Of a stretch of 64,000 nucleotides of DNA, positions 1 through 10,162 are shown in pieces. Below the pieces are notes generated by a model. The model ran no database searches, was not told where the DNA came from, and worked only from the letters and a program-made list of their open reading frames with translations. Source of the DNA: Collinsella sp. (lineage in GTDB: Bacteria > Actinomycetota > Coriobacteriia > Coriobacteriales > Coriobacteriaceae); NCBI GenBank assembly GCA_048342875.1, contig DBGDEA010000037.1, positions 2,513 through 66,512 of the forward strand, in the 5' to 3' direction. Positions within the stretch are counted from its first letter, which is position 1. Each line of letters starts with the position of its first letter. Position numbers and translations under genes: made by a program.

Positions 1-1
1 T

Positions 2-1534
2 ATCGACCTGGCCGTAATCGACCGTGCCGATGTGACGCCCTCGACCGTCGTGCCCGATTCTATGCTGGGCCAGAGTCTGCGCGCCCGCTATACCAAGGTC
101 GACGAGGTTCCCTTCGATTTCTCGCGCCGTCGCCTGAGCGTAGTTGTCGCCGACGCCCAAGGCAAAACCCAGATGGTTACCAAGGGCGCTGCCGAGGAAA
201 TGCTCGAGATCTGCTCCTTTGTCGAAATCGATGGCATCGCTCAGCCGCTCACCGACGAGAAGCTCGCCCAGATTCGCGAGCAGGTCGCCGGACTCAACGC
301 CGAGGGCCTGCGCGTAATTGCCGTGGCGCAGAAGACCGATCCGCGCTGCGTGGGCGAATTTGGCATCGCCGACGAGTGCGACATGGTGCTGATGGGCTTT
401 TTGGCCTTCCTCGATCCGCCCAAAGCAAGTGCCGCGAGCGCTGTCGCCACCCTCGAGGCCAAGGGCGTAGCGGTCAAGGTCCTGACCGGCGACAACGACC
501 GCGTCGCCGCCACCGTCTGCGAGCAGATCGGCATCGATGCGAGCAACGTCTTGCTCGGCTCCGAGATCGATGCACTCGATGACGCCGAACTTGCCGAGCG
601 CGCCGAGAAAACCCATCTCTTCGCCAAGCTCTCGCCGCTGCAGAAGGCGCGCCTGGTGCGTGTCATGCGCGAGCTGCTCGGCCACACCGTGGGCTTTATG
701 GGCGATGGCATCAACGACGCCGCCGCCATGCGTTCGAGCGACTGCGGGATCTCGGTCGATTCGGCCGTCGATATTGCCAAGGAATCCGCCGATATTATCT
801 TGCTCCAGAAGGACCTGGGCGTGCTCGAGCGCGGCACCATCGAAGGCCGCCGCACCTACGGCAACCTGCTCAAATACCTCAAGACCACGGTGAGCTCCAA
901 CTTTGGCAACGTGTTATCCGTGACCGTCGCGAGCCTGTTCTTGCCGTTTTTGCCCATGAGCGCTCTGCAGCTGGTGCTGCTATCGCTGGTCTACGAGATC
1001 GTATGCATCGCGCTGCCGTGGGACACCGTCGACGACGACTGAACTGCCCGCCCGCGTGCCTGGGACGCCGCGTCCATCAAGGGGTTTATGCTCGAGCTGG
1101 GCCCCGTGAGCTCGCTGTTTGACATCGTGACCTTCGCCGCGCTCTTCTTTGTCGTGTGCCCCGCCGCCGTGGACGCAAGCTGGTCCGAGCTTGCCGCCGC
1201 GGGCGACGTCGCGGGTATGGCGACCTTTGCTGCGCTCTTCCAGAGCGGCTGGTTTGTCGAGTCCATGTGGTCGCAGACACTCGTGGTCCACATGTTGCGC
1301 TCCCCGCATCTGCCGAGCCCGCGCGACCACGCCGCGCCCGCATTGTGCGTTCTTACCGTGCTGGGCCTGGCGCTCGTCACCTGGCTGCCGGCAAGCCCCA
1401 TCGCCGATGTGCTCGGCCTCATGCCGCTGCCCACGAGCTTTTTTGGGCTGCTCATTGGTATCGTTACCGCCTATATCGCGCTCACCCAGCTGGCAAAGTG
1501 CCGCTACATTGCCCGCCACGGCGAGCTGCTGTAG
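2..1534 (+). pseudogene. mgtA: Mg2+-translocating P-type ATPase, 3' part (5' end outside window), interrupted by in-frame TGA at 1040-1042
   Basis: Motifs PFDFSRRR, KGAAEE, DPPK, TGDN, MGDGINDA, SSNFGN. ORFs 32-1042 and 1088-1534 are in the same frame (WDTVDDD*TARPRAWDAASIKGFM...FQSGWFVESMWSQTLVVHMLRS). Confidence 0.85.
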
Positions 1535-1635
1535 CAAGTAGACGGAAAACACCCTGCCAGCTGCCGTTGCCACTACCACAGCTGCCAACGCCGCTGCCGC
1601 TGCCTCTGCCGCCGCCGCAGTCTATCCCCCCAGCA

Positions 1636-1700
1636 GTTGCGGTGAAATAGTTCCTGTTTAAAGCCCCGTGACTTTAATTTAGGGACTATTCCACCGCAAC
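1636..1700. repeat. 20-bp imperfect inverted repeat (hairpin) between convergent genes
   Basis: GTTGCGGTGAAATAGTTCCT ... AGGGACTATTCCACCGCAAC, 2 mismatches. Confidence 0.7.
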
Positions 1701-1715
1701 TTATTGGGAGGTTAG

Positions 1716-3251
1716 CTAGTCCTTGGGTGTCCAGGACCAGAAGAAGTTGATGAGGGCCACGCGCGAGGCGGTACCGGCCTTTTTGTTGATCGAGGAAATG
1801 TGGCGGTAGAGCGTGGAGCGCGAAAGAAAGAGCGTTGTGGCGATGTCCTGAACGCTCTGGTCCGAAACGACCAAGACCTCAAGAATATCGCGCTCGCGCT
1901 CTGTAAGCCCAAAGGTGGCGACGAAGGCATCAAGGCGTTCATCGGACGTGAGCTCCGCTGCCTCCACGGGCTCGGGGTCGGAGCATGTGGGTGCAAGATC
2001 CCCACCAAGATCGTCGGTGGCAAGCGGCAGCCCGTCCCGCATCGCGGCATCATCGGCTCGTTGCCCCAACTGCCCCAGCAGCGTAATCGCAATGCCCACA
2101 AACATCACGAGCGCCGCACCGATCGCAGCCAGCACGTTTTGACTCGAGATGATCGCCACCGCCGGCGCCGTCACGAGCATCGAGCACACGTTGTTGACGA
2201 CGCGACCCATGCACGGCCTAAAATATGACCAGCGCGCATAGAGCGAGACGGCGGCATATTTTGTGGTAAAGAACACCACGAAAAAGCCCGAGCCCAGATA
2301 AAAGATGATCGTGGCAGCAAGCTCGTTGCCGCCATTGCCATCGACGATGAGCACAAAGAACGAAAGCGTGGACAGTATGGCGGCACATGTCATGCCGATA
2401 TTCATATACGAACGGCCGTGCAGGTCAAATAGTGCGCCAGCGGCCAACGAGCTCACGACAAGCAGCAGGCGCGGCCAATCGCCCAAATCGACGGCTCCGA
2501 CAGCATGCAGGGTCGTGAAGCCCGCGTTGAGAGCGGCGAATACGCTGGAAAGATACGCCGTCGCCACGGTCAGGCGAACTACGGCGCGACGGAATGCCGC
2601 CTTTGCCTCGGGATCGTCATGCCACTTGGCGCCATATTCCAGAGCATCTACCGAAAGCCCGGCAGCACTGGGTTCAAAGTTGGGATCGGACTCGTCGCGC
2701 AGCTTGGCGCGTCGGGCACCGTGGAGCAACGCCACCTGCGCGATCGCACAGACGACCAGAACAGCCTGCTGAGGAATGCCGACAGGCATCACCATGTGGT
2801 TGATCACCTGTACCAGAACGCCCATGGCATAGGAAAGTGCGGCGGCGCGCGCCAAGCAGGGCGTTCGCGCAAAGCGCCTCGCAAAATTTGCATGGGCAGT
2901 CGATCCGCAGTAGCCCAGCGCGCAGCACGCCACCAAACCGCCGGCAATTACCACCTCAACCTGAACCGCCATAATCAACAGCAGCAATGCCGCCACCAGC
3001 AAAACGCCCGTGACGTCACTCGTTGCGTCGATAGCATGGGGACGGCGATAGTACAGAATGGGACGCACAAAAAAGCCAATCACGCTCGCGCCGATGACAA
3101 GGCTCTCATAAATAACGACCTCGTTCGGAGACACGAACTCGGCCATGCGCACATCAAAAAGATACTCGCACGCCAAAAACGTGAAGAAGAACAGCGCCAG
3201 GCATATAATCTCCCGAATGCCCCGACGCAAATATGCGGTTGTGTCTCCCAT
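1716..3251 (-). CDS. Multi-pass membrane LuxR-family (C-terminal HTH) transcriptional regulator
   Basis: About 12 hydrophobic segments, then FGLTERERDIL...IATTLFLSRSTLYRHISSINKK (LuxR HTH). Start is uncertain (3251 or 3281). Confidence 0.85.
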   Translation of the reverse strand: MGDTTAYLRRGIREIICLALFFFTFLACEYLFDVRMAEFVSPNEVVIYESLVIGASVIGFFVRPILYYRRPHAIDATSDVTGVLLVAALLLLIMAVQVEVVIAGGLVACCALGYCGSTAHANFARRFARTPCLARAAALSYAMGVLVQVINHMVMPVGIPQQAVLVVCAIAQVALLHGARRAKLRDESDPNFEPSAAGLSVDALEYGAKWHDDPEAKAAFRRAVVRLTVATAYLSSVFAALNAGFTTLHAVGAVDLGDWPRLLLVVSSLAAGALFDLHGRSYMNIGMTCAAILSTLSFFVLIVDGNGGNELAATIIFYLGSGFFVVFFTTKYAAVSLYARWSYFRPCMGRVVNNVCSMLVTAPAVAIISSQNVLAAIGAALVMFVGIAITLLGQLGQRADDAAMRDGLPLATDDLGGDLAPTCSDPEPVEAAELTSDERLDAFVATFGLTERERDILEVLVVSDQSVQDIATTLFLSRSTLYRHISSINKKAGTASRVALINFFWSWTPKD

Positions 3252-3636
3252 GCCCCTCACGGTTAACCCCCGGCCGCTCAATTGTCTGGAATCTATTTTA
3301 ATAAAGAATCAATCTCAATATCAAAGCCAAGCTCGAAATGCTGCCAATTCGACCCCAGTCGTCCACATCACGCCGCAATTTTGAGCCGCATGGACCAGAT
3401 GGGGCACGCGCGACCTCTAGCTCGGCAAGGAGTGTCTCCAACTGCCACTCATTTAAGTACGTCCCCAATGAGTGCCCAATGACTACCCGCAGCAAGGAGT
3501 GTCCCTATGTGTCGGATGAAAAATGGGCCATGTGTCCCAGTTGTGGAGACTCCTTGAGCCGTCTGGGTATCGCGAAGGATCGCGCACTCCCCCATCATCA
3601 AAAGTGACACACGCTACCAGTTGATGGGAGGCAGCC

Positions 3637-4374
3637 ATGGGCTTCTTTGACAAGATGTTCGAGAAGAAAGAGTGCGCGATTTGCGGTACCGAGCTGGGAC
3701 TTCTAGGTAAGACAAAAATCAATGAAGGCTACCTGTGCAAAGAGTGCGCCGGCAAGCTCTCCCCCTACTTTCACGGCTATCGCTCCAGCACCGCGGACGA
3801 TATCCGTGAGCAACTCGCCTACCGCGAGGCCAACGCCGAGCGCCTGTCTTCGTTCAACCCCACGCGCACGCTTTCTGCCGGGCGCACCAATATTATGCTC
3901 GATGAGGACGCGGGCCTGCTGATCATCACTTCGCAGAGCCGCTGGCGCGACGCCAATCCCGACATCATCGAGTTCTCGCAGGTACTCGGCTGCGATATGG
4001 ATATCGACGAGCAGCGCACCGAGATCTATCGCGAGACCAAGGACGGCGAGCGCGAGAGCTACAACCCGCCGCGCTACGACCTGGATTACGACTTTAATCT
4101 GACCATCCACGTCAATACGCCGTACTTTACCGAGATCAACCTGCGCGTGAACGACTCCACCATCGATCAGCGCGGCTCCATCGAATATCGCGAGGCCAAG
4201 CGCCAGGCAACCGAAGTCCGCGATGCGCTGGTGCAGCTGCGCCAGGAGACGCGGGACAGCGTCGTGGCCGCCAAGGCCCCCAAGACCGCGGTGACCTGCC
4301 CCTTCTGCGGAGCCACCACCATTCCCGATGCCAGCGGGCGCTGCGAATACTGCGGCGGCGCCATCGGCGCATAG
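3637..4374 (+). CDS. DUF4428-like zinc-ribbon protein
   Basis: N-terminal CAIC...CKEC and C-terminal CPFC...CEYC; GGAGG RBS. Confidence 0.8.
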   Translation: MGFFDKMFEKKECAICGTELGLLGKTKINEGYLCKECAGKLSPYFHGYRSSTADDIREQLAYREANAERLSSFNPTRTLSAGRTNIMLDEDAGLLIITSQSRWRDANPDIIEFSQVLGCDMDIDEQRTEIYRETKDGERESYNPPRYDLDYDFNLTIHVNTPYFTEINLRVNDSTIDQRGSIEYREAKRQATEVRDALVQLRQETRDSVVAAKAPKTAVTCPFCGATTIPDASGRCEYCGGAIGA

Positions 4375-4398
4375 CCCCCGGCACGGAAAGGACCGATC

Positions 4399-5721
4399 AT
4401 GGCCTTCGAGAGCGTTAACTATCAGTGCCCTGCCTGCGGTGGCCCCTTGCATTTTGCAAGCGCCGAGCAAAAGCTCGTCTGCGACTACTGTGACTCGCGC
4501 TTTGAAGTCGAAGAAGTCGAGGCCCTCTATCGCGAGCGCCAGGACAAGGCAGACGCCAAAGCCGATGCCGCAGCCGCAACGCCAAAGCCCGTCGCCGACG
4601 ACGCGGTGCAGGAGCTCGCCCAAAACGCCGGCTACATCTGCTCGTCGTGCGGCGCCGAGCTCGTGTCCGACGGCACCGTCGCTGTCACCACCTGCCCGTA
4701 CTGCGGCAACTCCGCCGTAGCGCCCGGTCAGCTTTCGGGCGACTTCTCGCCCGACCTGGTGATTCCATTTAAGCTCGGGCGCGATGACGTCACGGCCGCA
4801 CTCAAGGAACACTACAAGGGCAAGATCTTGCTGCCCAAGAGCTTTGTCACCGGCAGCCACATCGACGAGGTCCAAGGTGTCTACGTGCCGTTTTGGCTCT
4901 ACGGTGCCCGCGTTGACGGCGAAGTGTACTTTGACGCGACCAACGAGACCGTGACCGAGGAATCCGACCGCACCGTCACGACCACCGACCACTACGATGC
5001 CTATCGCAAGGGCAATATCTCGTTTAAGCGCGTGCCCGTCGACGGATCGTCCAAGATGCCCGACGGCCACATGGACGCCATCGAGCCGTTTGACTACGAC
5101 GCGCTGCGTCCGTTCTCGGTCGCATATATGCCCGGCTACATCGCCAACCGTTACGACGAGGACTGCGAGACCTGCAAGGCGCGCGCCGAGCGCCGCATGG
5201 AAGAAAGCACGATCTCGGCCCTGCGCGAGACCGTCGTCGACGAATACGACGATGCCACGGTCGAAAGCAAGCAGCTCGACTACACCTGGGAAGACAGCGA
5301 CTACGCCCTGTTCCCCGTCTGGATGCTCTCCACCTCGTGGAACGGCAAGAGCTACCTGTTTGCCATGAACGGCCAGACCGGCCGCTTGGTCGGCGAGCTT
5401 CCTTGCTCCAAGCCCAAGCTCTCTATCGCCTCGGTGCTGTTCTTTGTGATCGGATTTGTCCTCTCCCAGATCCTCTTCATGGGTGAGAACGCCTTCGATC
5501 CGGATTACCTCACCTTTGATATCGAGGGCATCCTCATCAACATCGTCGCGCCGCTGATCATCGTGGTCATCGCAGGCGTGCTGCTGGTGGGCCAGCTCAA
5601 GACGGCCAACGAGGCCACCCACGCCGATTGCTACTGTGGCGAGCTCGACCTGACCGAGAAGCACGACACCTTCAGCCACACCGAGACCACCGTTGTCATG
5701 AAGGACGACAAGGACGATTAA
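4399..5721 (+). CDS. Double zinc-ribbon (TFIIB-like) membrane protein
   Basis: CPACGG/CDYC, CSSCGA/CPYCG, YVPFWLY, MNGQTG, two C-terminal TM segments. Confidence 0.8.
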   Translation: MAFESVNYQCPACGGPLHFASAEQKLVCDYCDSRFEVEEVEALYRERQDKADAKADAAAATPKPVADDAVQELAQNAGYICSSCGAELVSDGTVAVTTCPYCGNSAVAPGQLSGDFSPDLVIPFKLGRDDVTAALKEHYKGKILLPKSFVTGSHIDEVQGVYVPFWLYGARVDGEVYFDATNETVTEESDRTVTTTDHYDAYRKGNISFKRVPVDGSSKMPDGHMDAIEPFDYDALRPFSVAYMPGYIANRYDEDCETCKARAERRMEESTISALRETVVDEYDDATVESKQLDYTWEDSDYALFPVWMLSTSWNGKSYLFAMNGQTGRLVGELPCSKPKLSIASVLFFVIGFVLSQILFMGENAFDPDYLTFDIEGILINIVAPLIIVVIAGVLLVGQLKTANEATHADCYCGELDLTEKHDTFSHTETTVVMKDDKDD

Positions 5722-5769
5722 CCATCCTGACCAATACCACCCGGCCTTTGACGAGAAAGGAAGATCACC

Positions 5770-7011
5770 ATGGGACTCTTGAAAGCTGGATTGGGTGCTG
5801 CCGGCGGCGTCATGGCCGACCAGTGGAAGGAATTTATCTACTGCGAATCGATGCCCGCTGACGTCTTGGCCTGCAAGGGCAGCAAGCGCACCGGCGGCCG
5901 CAGCTCCAACACGCGCGGCGAGGACAACGTCATCTCCAACGGCTCGGTCATCGCCGTCAACGACGGCCAGGGCATGCTCGTGGTGCAAAACGGCAAGATC
6001 ATCGAAGTCGCGCTGGAGCCCGGTGAGTTCGTCTTTGACACCGGCAGCGAGCCGAGCGTCTTTAGCGGCAACCTGGGCGATTCCATCAAGGAGACCTTCG
6101 CCAATATCGGCAGCCGCTTTACCTTTGGCGGCGACGCGGGCAAGGACCAGCGTGTCTACTTCATCAACACCAAGGAGATCATCGGCAACAAGTACGGCAC
6201 CGCCTCGCCCGTGCCCTTCCGCGTGGTCGATAACAACATTGGCCTGGACGTCGACATCTCCGTGCGCTGCAACGGCGAGTATTCGTACCGCATCACCAAC
6301 CCGCTGCTGTTCTACACCAACGTATGCGGCAACGTGACCGATAGCTACACGCGCGACAAGATCGACAGCCAGCTTAAGTCCGAGCTGCTCACCGCCCTGC
6401 AGCCCGCCTTTGCCAAGATCTCGGAGATGGGCATCCGCTACAGCGCCATCCCCGGCCACACCACCGAGCTCGCCCGCGCGCTCAACGAGGTCCTCTCTGC
6501 CGACTGGCGTGACCTGCGCGGCGTTGAGATCGTAAGCTTTGGCGTCAACTCCATCGCCGCCTCACAAGAAGACGAGCAGATGATCAAGGACCTGCAGAAA
6601 GCCGCGGTCATGCGCGATCCCACCATGGCGGCAGCCAACATCGCCAGCGCCCAGAGCGATGCGATGCGCGCGGCAGCCGCCAACCCCAACGGCGCGATGG
6701 CAGGCTTTATGGGCATGGGCATGGCAGGTGGCATGGGCGGCATGAACGCCAGCCAGCTGTTCGCCGCCGGCCAGGCACAGCAGCAGGCCGCCCCGCAGCC
6801 GGCTCCGGCTCCCGCCCCCGCACCGGCTCCCGCCGCCGCACCTGCGGCCGGCACGTGGACTTGCAGCTGCGGCGCCACCAACACCGGCAAGTTCTGCTCC
6901 GAGTGCGGCAGTCCCGCACCCGCCCCGGCACCGGCAAAGTGGTTCTGCCCCAACTGCGGCAGCGAAAACGGCGGCAAGTTCTGCAGCAACTGCGGAACGC
7001 CCCGGCCCTAG
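5770..7011 (+). CDS. SPFH/band-7-like ('virion core protein') protein with C-terminal double zinc ribbon
   Basis: DQWKEFIYC, ISNGSVIAV, GTASPVPFR; Pro/Ala linker; WTCSCG..KFCSECG..WFCPNCG..KFCSNCG. Confidence 0.85.
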   Translation: MGLLKAGLGAAGGVMADQWKEFIYCESMPADVLACKGSKRTGGRSSNTRGEDNVISNGSVIAVNDGQGMLVVQNGKIIEVALEPGEFVFDTGSEPSVFSGNLGDSIKETFANIGSRFTFGGDAGKDQRVYFINTKEIIGNKYGTASPVPFRVVDNNIGLDVDISVRCNGEYSYRITNPLLFYTNVCGNVTDSYTRDKIDSQLKSELLTALQPAFAKISEMGIRYSAIPGHTTELARALNEVLSADWRDLRGVEIVSFGVNSIAASQEDEQMIKDLQKAAVMRDPTMAAANIASAQSDAMRAAAANPNGAMAGFMGMGMAGGMGGMNASQLFAAGQAQQQAAPQPAPAPAPAPAPAAAPAAGTWTCSCGATNTGKFCSECGSPAPAPAPAKWFCPNCGSENGGKFCSNCGTPRP

Positions 7012-7091
7012 CCCCTCTATCTGGTAATTGGCGGGGGATCCGCCACCCCCGCATTTGCTTCTATGGGTTTCGTTCGATGAAGGAGGACACC

Positions 7092-7934
7092 ATGAAGACA
7101 ACGTTCAAAAAGCCCGTACTCGCATTTCTGACATGCGTCCTGGCGCTCGCCTTTGCCCTGACGGGCTGCAGCGGCGGCGGCAAGGACCCCAAGGCCGACT
7201 TCGTCGGCAGCTGGCAGTACTCGGGTGGAACCTTGGATGGCGAAGAGCTCACCGATGAGTACATGGATATGCTCAAGGAGTGGGGCCTCAACTGCGTCCT
7301 GATCCTCGACGAGGACGGCACAGGCGTCCTCGATATGTTCCTTGAGGTCGCCGACCTGAAATGGGAAGCCAAGGACGCCACCACCGTAACGATCACCGCC
7401 GAAGATGAGTCGCACGACCTGAAGCTCAAGGACGACAAGCTCGTCCTTGAGGTGGAAGGCGACAAGCTTATCTTCACCAAGTCCGACAAGGATCTGTCCG
7501 GCACGGTGAAGAAGGATCGCGAGGCGGCCGAGAAGGAAGAAGAGGTCGATGAGGCCGTCGAAGACGACGACGTCCAGAGTGTCGAAATCTCCCCCGCCGT
7601 CACCGTCGCCGATGACGATCTGTGCACCATCACCATCACCGAGAAATTCAAGGACGACTGGGGCGACATCGGCTTTGTCGTCAACATCACCAACAAGAGC
7701 GACAAGGACCTGACCTTCTACGCTCCTTCCGGCAAGACCAACGTCAACGGCACTATGAAGGAACCCTGGTTCTCGGCTAACCTGATGCCCGGCACCAGCG
7801 CCACCGAGGAATTCACGTTCTCGAGCGGCGAGCTTGACAGCCTTGACGACCTGGTCAATACGACCATCGGCATCGACGCCTACCTGACCGATTCCTACGA
7901 GGACGTCGCCTCCTACAGCGCAACCATCGCGTAG
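7092..7934 (+). CDS. Acidic lipoprotein (lipocalin-like N-domain plus Ig-like C-domain)
   Basis: AGGAGG RBS, signal peptide with lipobox LTGC, FVGSW motif. Confidence 0.75.
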   Translation: MKTTFKKPVLAFLTCVLALAFALTGCSGGGKDPKADFVGSWQYSGGTLDGEELTDEYMDMLKEWGLNCVLILDEDGTGVLDMFLEVADLKWEAKDATTVTITAEDESHDLKLKDDKLVLEVEGDKLIFTKSDKDLSGTVKKDREAAEKEEEVDEAVEDDDVQSVEISPAVTVADDDLCTITITEKFKDDWGDIGFVVNITNKSDKDLTFYAPSGKTNVNGTMKEPWFSANLMPGTSATEEFTFSSGELDSLDDLVNTTIGIDAYLTDSYEDVASYSATIA

Positions 7935-7985
7935 CGGCAGACATCGACGGCCGCGGATTGGCGGATACATCCGCGCACATGTCAG

Positions 7986-8025
7986 GCGGGGCCGCAGGAG
8001 TTGATCCTGCGGCCCCGTCGTTTTT
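7986..8025 (+). terminator. Rho-independent terminator
   Basis: GCGGGGCCGCAGGA...TCCTGCGGCCCCG followed by T-rich tract. Confidence 0.75.
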
Positions 8026-8045
8026 GTGCCGATGCGTAACGAACG

Positions 8046-8666
8046 CTAGCGCTCCATATTGGGAACGATGCTGCCCTCCGTTACTGCGCGCACGGCCAAG
8101 CGCATGATGTTGTCGTAGCCGGTCTTGTTGAGGATCTCCGAGATGCGACGCTTGATGGTGCCCTCACTCATAAACAGCTCGGCCGCGATCTCGCGACGGC
8201 TCTTGCCCTCGCAGGCAAGGCGCAAAATCGATAGCTCAACATCGTCGAGTGCCGCCGTACCCGAAAAAATACTCTCGGGCAGCTTGGGAAACGTGCAATA
8301 GCCCGCCAGCGTGGAGCGCATCACGGCGAACAACTCGTCGATACCGACGTTCTTGTACACAAAGCTATCGACGCCCGCCTCGCGGGCCTGATCGACAAAG
8401 GTGATCTCGGGCATGCCGGTCATGATAATGACGCGGCACTCGGGCAGTTGTTCTTTAATGCGCGCCGCCGCCACGATGCCGTTGGAATCATGCTCGGTGC
8501 ATACGTCCATCAGTATCATGTCAGGGCGCTCCTTGAGCGCGACACCCAAGGCCTCGGAAGCATCGGCAATGGCGGAAACAACGGTCATATCGGGCTGGTC
8601 GCCAACGGAACGCGCCAGGCTCTCGCGCAGGATGGCCTGGTCTTCGACTATAAGGACGCGGATCAT
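8046..8666 (-). CDS. NarL/LuxR-family response regulator
   Basis: VLIVED, ILMDV receiver motifs; C-terminal HTH. Confidence 0.9.
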   Translation of the reverse strand: MIRVLIVEDQAILRESLARSVGDQPDMTVVSAIADASEALGVALKERPDMILMDVCTEHDSNGIVAAARIKEQLPECRVIIMTGMPEITFVDQAREAGVDSFVYKNVGIDELFAVMRSTLAGYCTFPKLPESIFSGTAALDDVELSILRLACEGKSRREIAAELFMSEGTIKRRISEILNKTGYDNIMRLAVRAVTEGSIVPNMER

Positions 8667-10162
8667 GAGCTTCTCCTTTGAGCTGTGGCGCTGGCGTTGA
8701 GCGGGATGGACACCGCAAGCGTAAAGGGCGGGGCGGCATGGATTTCCAGGCAGCCGCCCAGATCTTGCGCGACATGCCTCATACCTGGGATACCCGTTCC
8801 CTCGCGATACGATACGGGTGCAGGCGCGCCGTCGTTAGAAACGGTCATCCGCGCAACAGCGCTGTCTTCCGACGTCTCCCGCCACAGGCGCACATGGACC
8901 CGATGGGCCTGTGCATGCTTGGTGGCATTGGTCGAGGCCTCACGGATAATCTGCAAAAATGCGGCGGCGACACGCGCGTCCTCAGGCAGCGCACCCTCAA
9001 CATCGATCTGCACACTCACCAGGCCAAAAGCATGGACGATATCACCCAGCTGCTCTGCAGGCTCGCTGGCACCGCCACTGCGCAAATCGGCGGCAATTGA
9101 GCGCAGCAGCGGGTCGATCTGCTCGAGCGACTCGTCATCCAGGCGCCCCTCCTCCAGATAACGATGGAGGATGGACAGGCGCTGCCCGATCACGTCGTGC
9201 ACGCGAGCTCGCATACGCAGATAGGCCGCATTATCAGCAACTTTTTTGACTTCTTCGATCTGGGCTTGGAGCTCTTGGCCCGCAAGCTCAAGCAGGTGGT
9301 TGGCTTGCGCCAGGCGATCATGAGCATGCGCATACTCTGTTACATCCAGGCCGATAATGCGCTCAAAGAGGCGGCCCGAAACCATAACGTCATCGTGCAC
9401 AAACAAGCGAATCTCGGCGGGAGAAACCTCGACCACCGCCCGCGCCTCACCAAAGCGGTCCAGATTAATCCGCACACGGTTCTGGCTGCTTTCGGGCATT
9501 TGCATGCTGAGTTTGCGCAGGTCGTTCCATGTGCCGCTCATATCGCCTAGGTCGGTGGGCATATGAAGTTCCACCAGGTTTCTGCGCATGCAGCGGTTCA
9601 TGAGCAGCGGACGGCCCCTCGGGTCCAGATACAGGATGCCCACGGGAATCACGTTGATGGTCTCGATCGTCGAGAACGCGGTGATATCCTCCTGGCGGTT
9701 ACGGACGTCCATCAAGAGCGCCGCGATGGAACGGAACAGGAAGAACGCTCCCTCTGCGATAAGGACAACGGTCCACGCCGAGCCCATGGCAAAAACCACC
9801 GGCGGTGTAACGGCGACAACAAGCAGCAGCTCGACCAGCATGACGGGGCGACGATAGCGCACCATAAGCACCACGCCATAGGCAAAGATTGCGGCATTGA
9901 GCCACAGCACTCCGCCCATTGCCCTGGCGCAAACGTCAAGCGGCGCCACCAGATACGAGCCAGACGACGCGAACAGGATAAGCGCCGAAACCACCAGGTG
10001 GAGCACGAGGCTCGCCTCGTAGGCGCAAATCACCTTACGGTTATAGGACGAGCGGCGCGATGAAATGAGCGGGACGTGGATCGTCTGCAGACACGCAGCC
10101 AGGGCAAAGACAACATCGAGCGCAACGATTTGGGGAAGGATGAGCGAAATCTGCATCGTCAC
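8663..10162 (-). CDS. Membrane sensor histidine kinase (HisKA_3 type)
   Basis: RVHDVIGQ H-box, EASTNATKHA N-box, NDG, GTGI. Confidence 0.85.
   Translation of the reverse strand: MTMQISLILPQIVALDVVFALAACLQTIHVPLISSRRSSYNRKVICAYEASLVLHLVVSALILFASSGSYLVAPLDVCARAMGGVLWLNAAIFAYGVVLMVRYRRPVMLVELLLVVAVTPPVVFAMGSAWTVVLIAEGAFFLFRSIAALLMDVRNRQEDITAFSTIETINVIPVGILYLDPRGRPLLMNRCMRRNLVELHMPTDLGDMSGTWNDLRKLSMQMPESSQNRVRINLDRFGEARAVVEVSPAEIRLFVHDDVMVSGRLFERIIGLDVTEYAHAHDRLAQANHLLELAGQELQAQIEEVKKVADNAAYLRMRARVHDVIGQRLSILHRYLEEGRLDDESLEQIDPLLRSIAADLRSGGASEPAEQLGDIVHAFGLVSVQIDVEGALPEDARVAAAFLQIIREASTNATKHAQAHRVHVRLWRETSEDSAVARMTVSNDGAPAPVSYREGTGIPGMRHVAQDLGGCLEIHAAPPFTLAVSIPLNASATAQRRSS

Noticed and set aside
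1040..1042. Selenocysteine or programmed readthrough in mgtA
   Set aside because: Not a catalytic Cys position, and no convincing SECIS follows.
1553..1620. CTGCCG-like low-complexity run after mgtA
   Set aside because: Degenerate microsatellite with no start or RBS and no structure.
3703..6459. Long antisense ORFs (also 27500-30061, 44781-47813, 47934-50513, 57810-60062)
   Set aside because: Shadow ORFs opposite real genes, expected from high-GC codon bias; no motifs.
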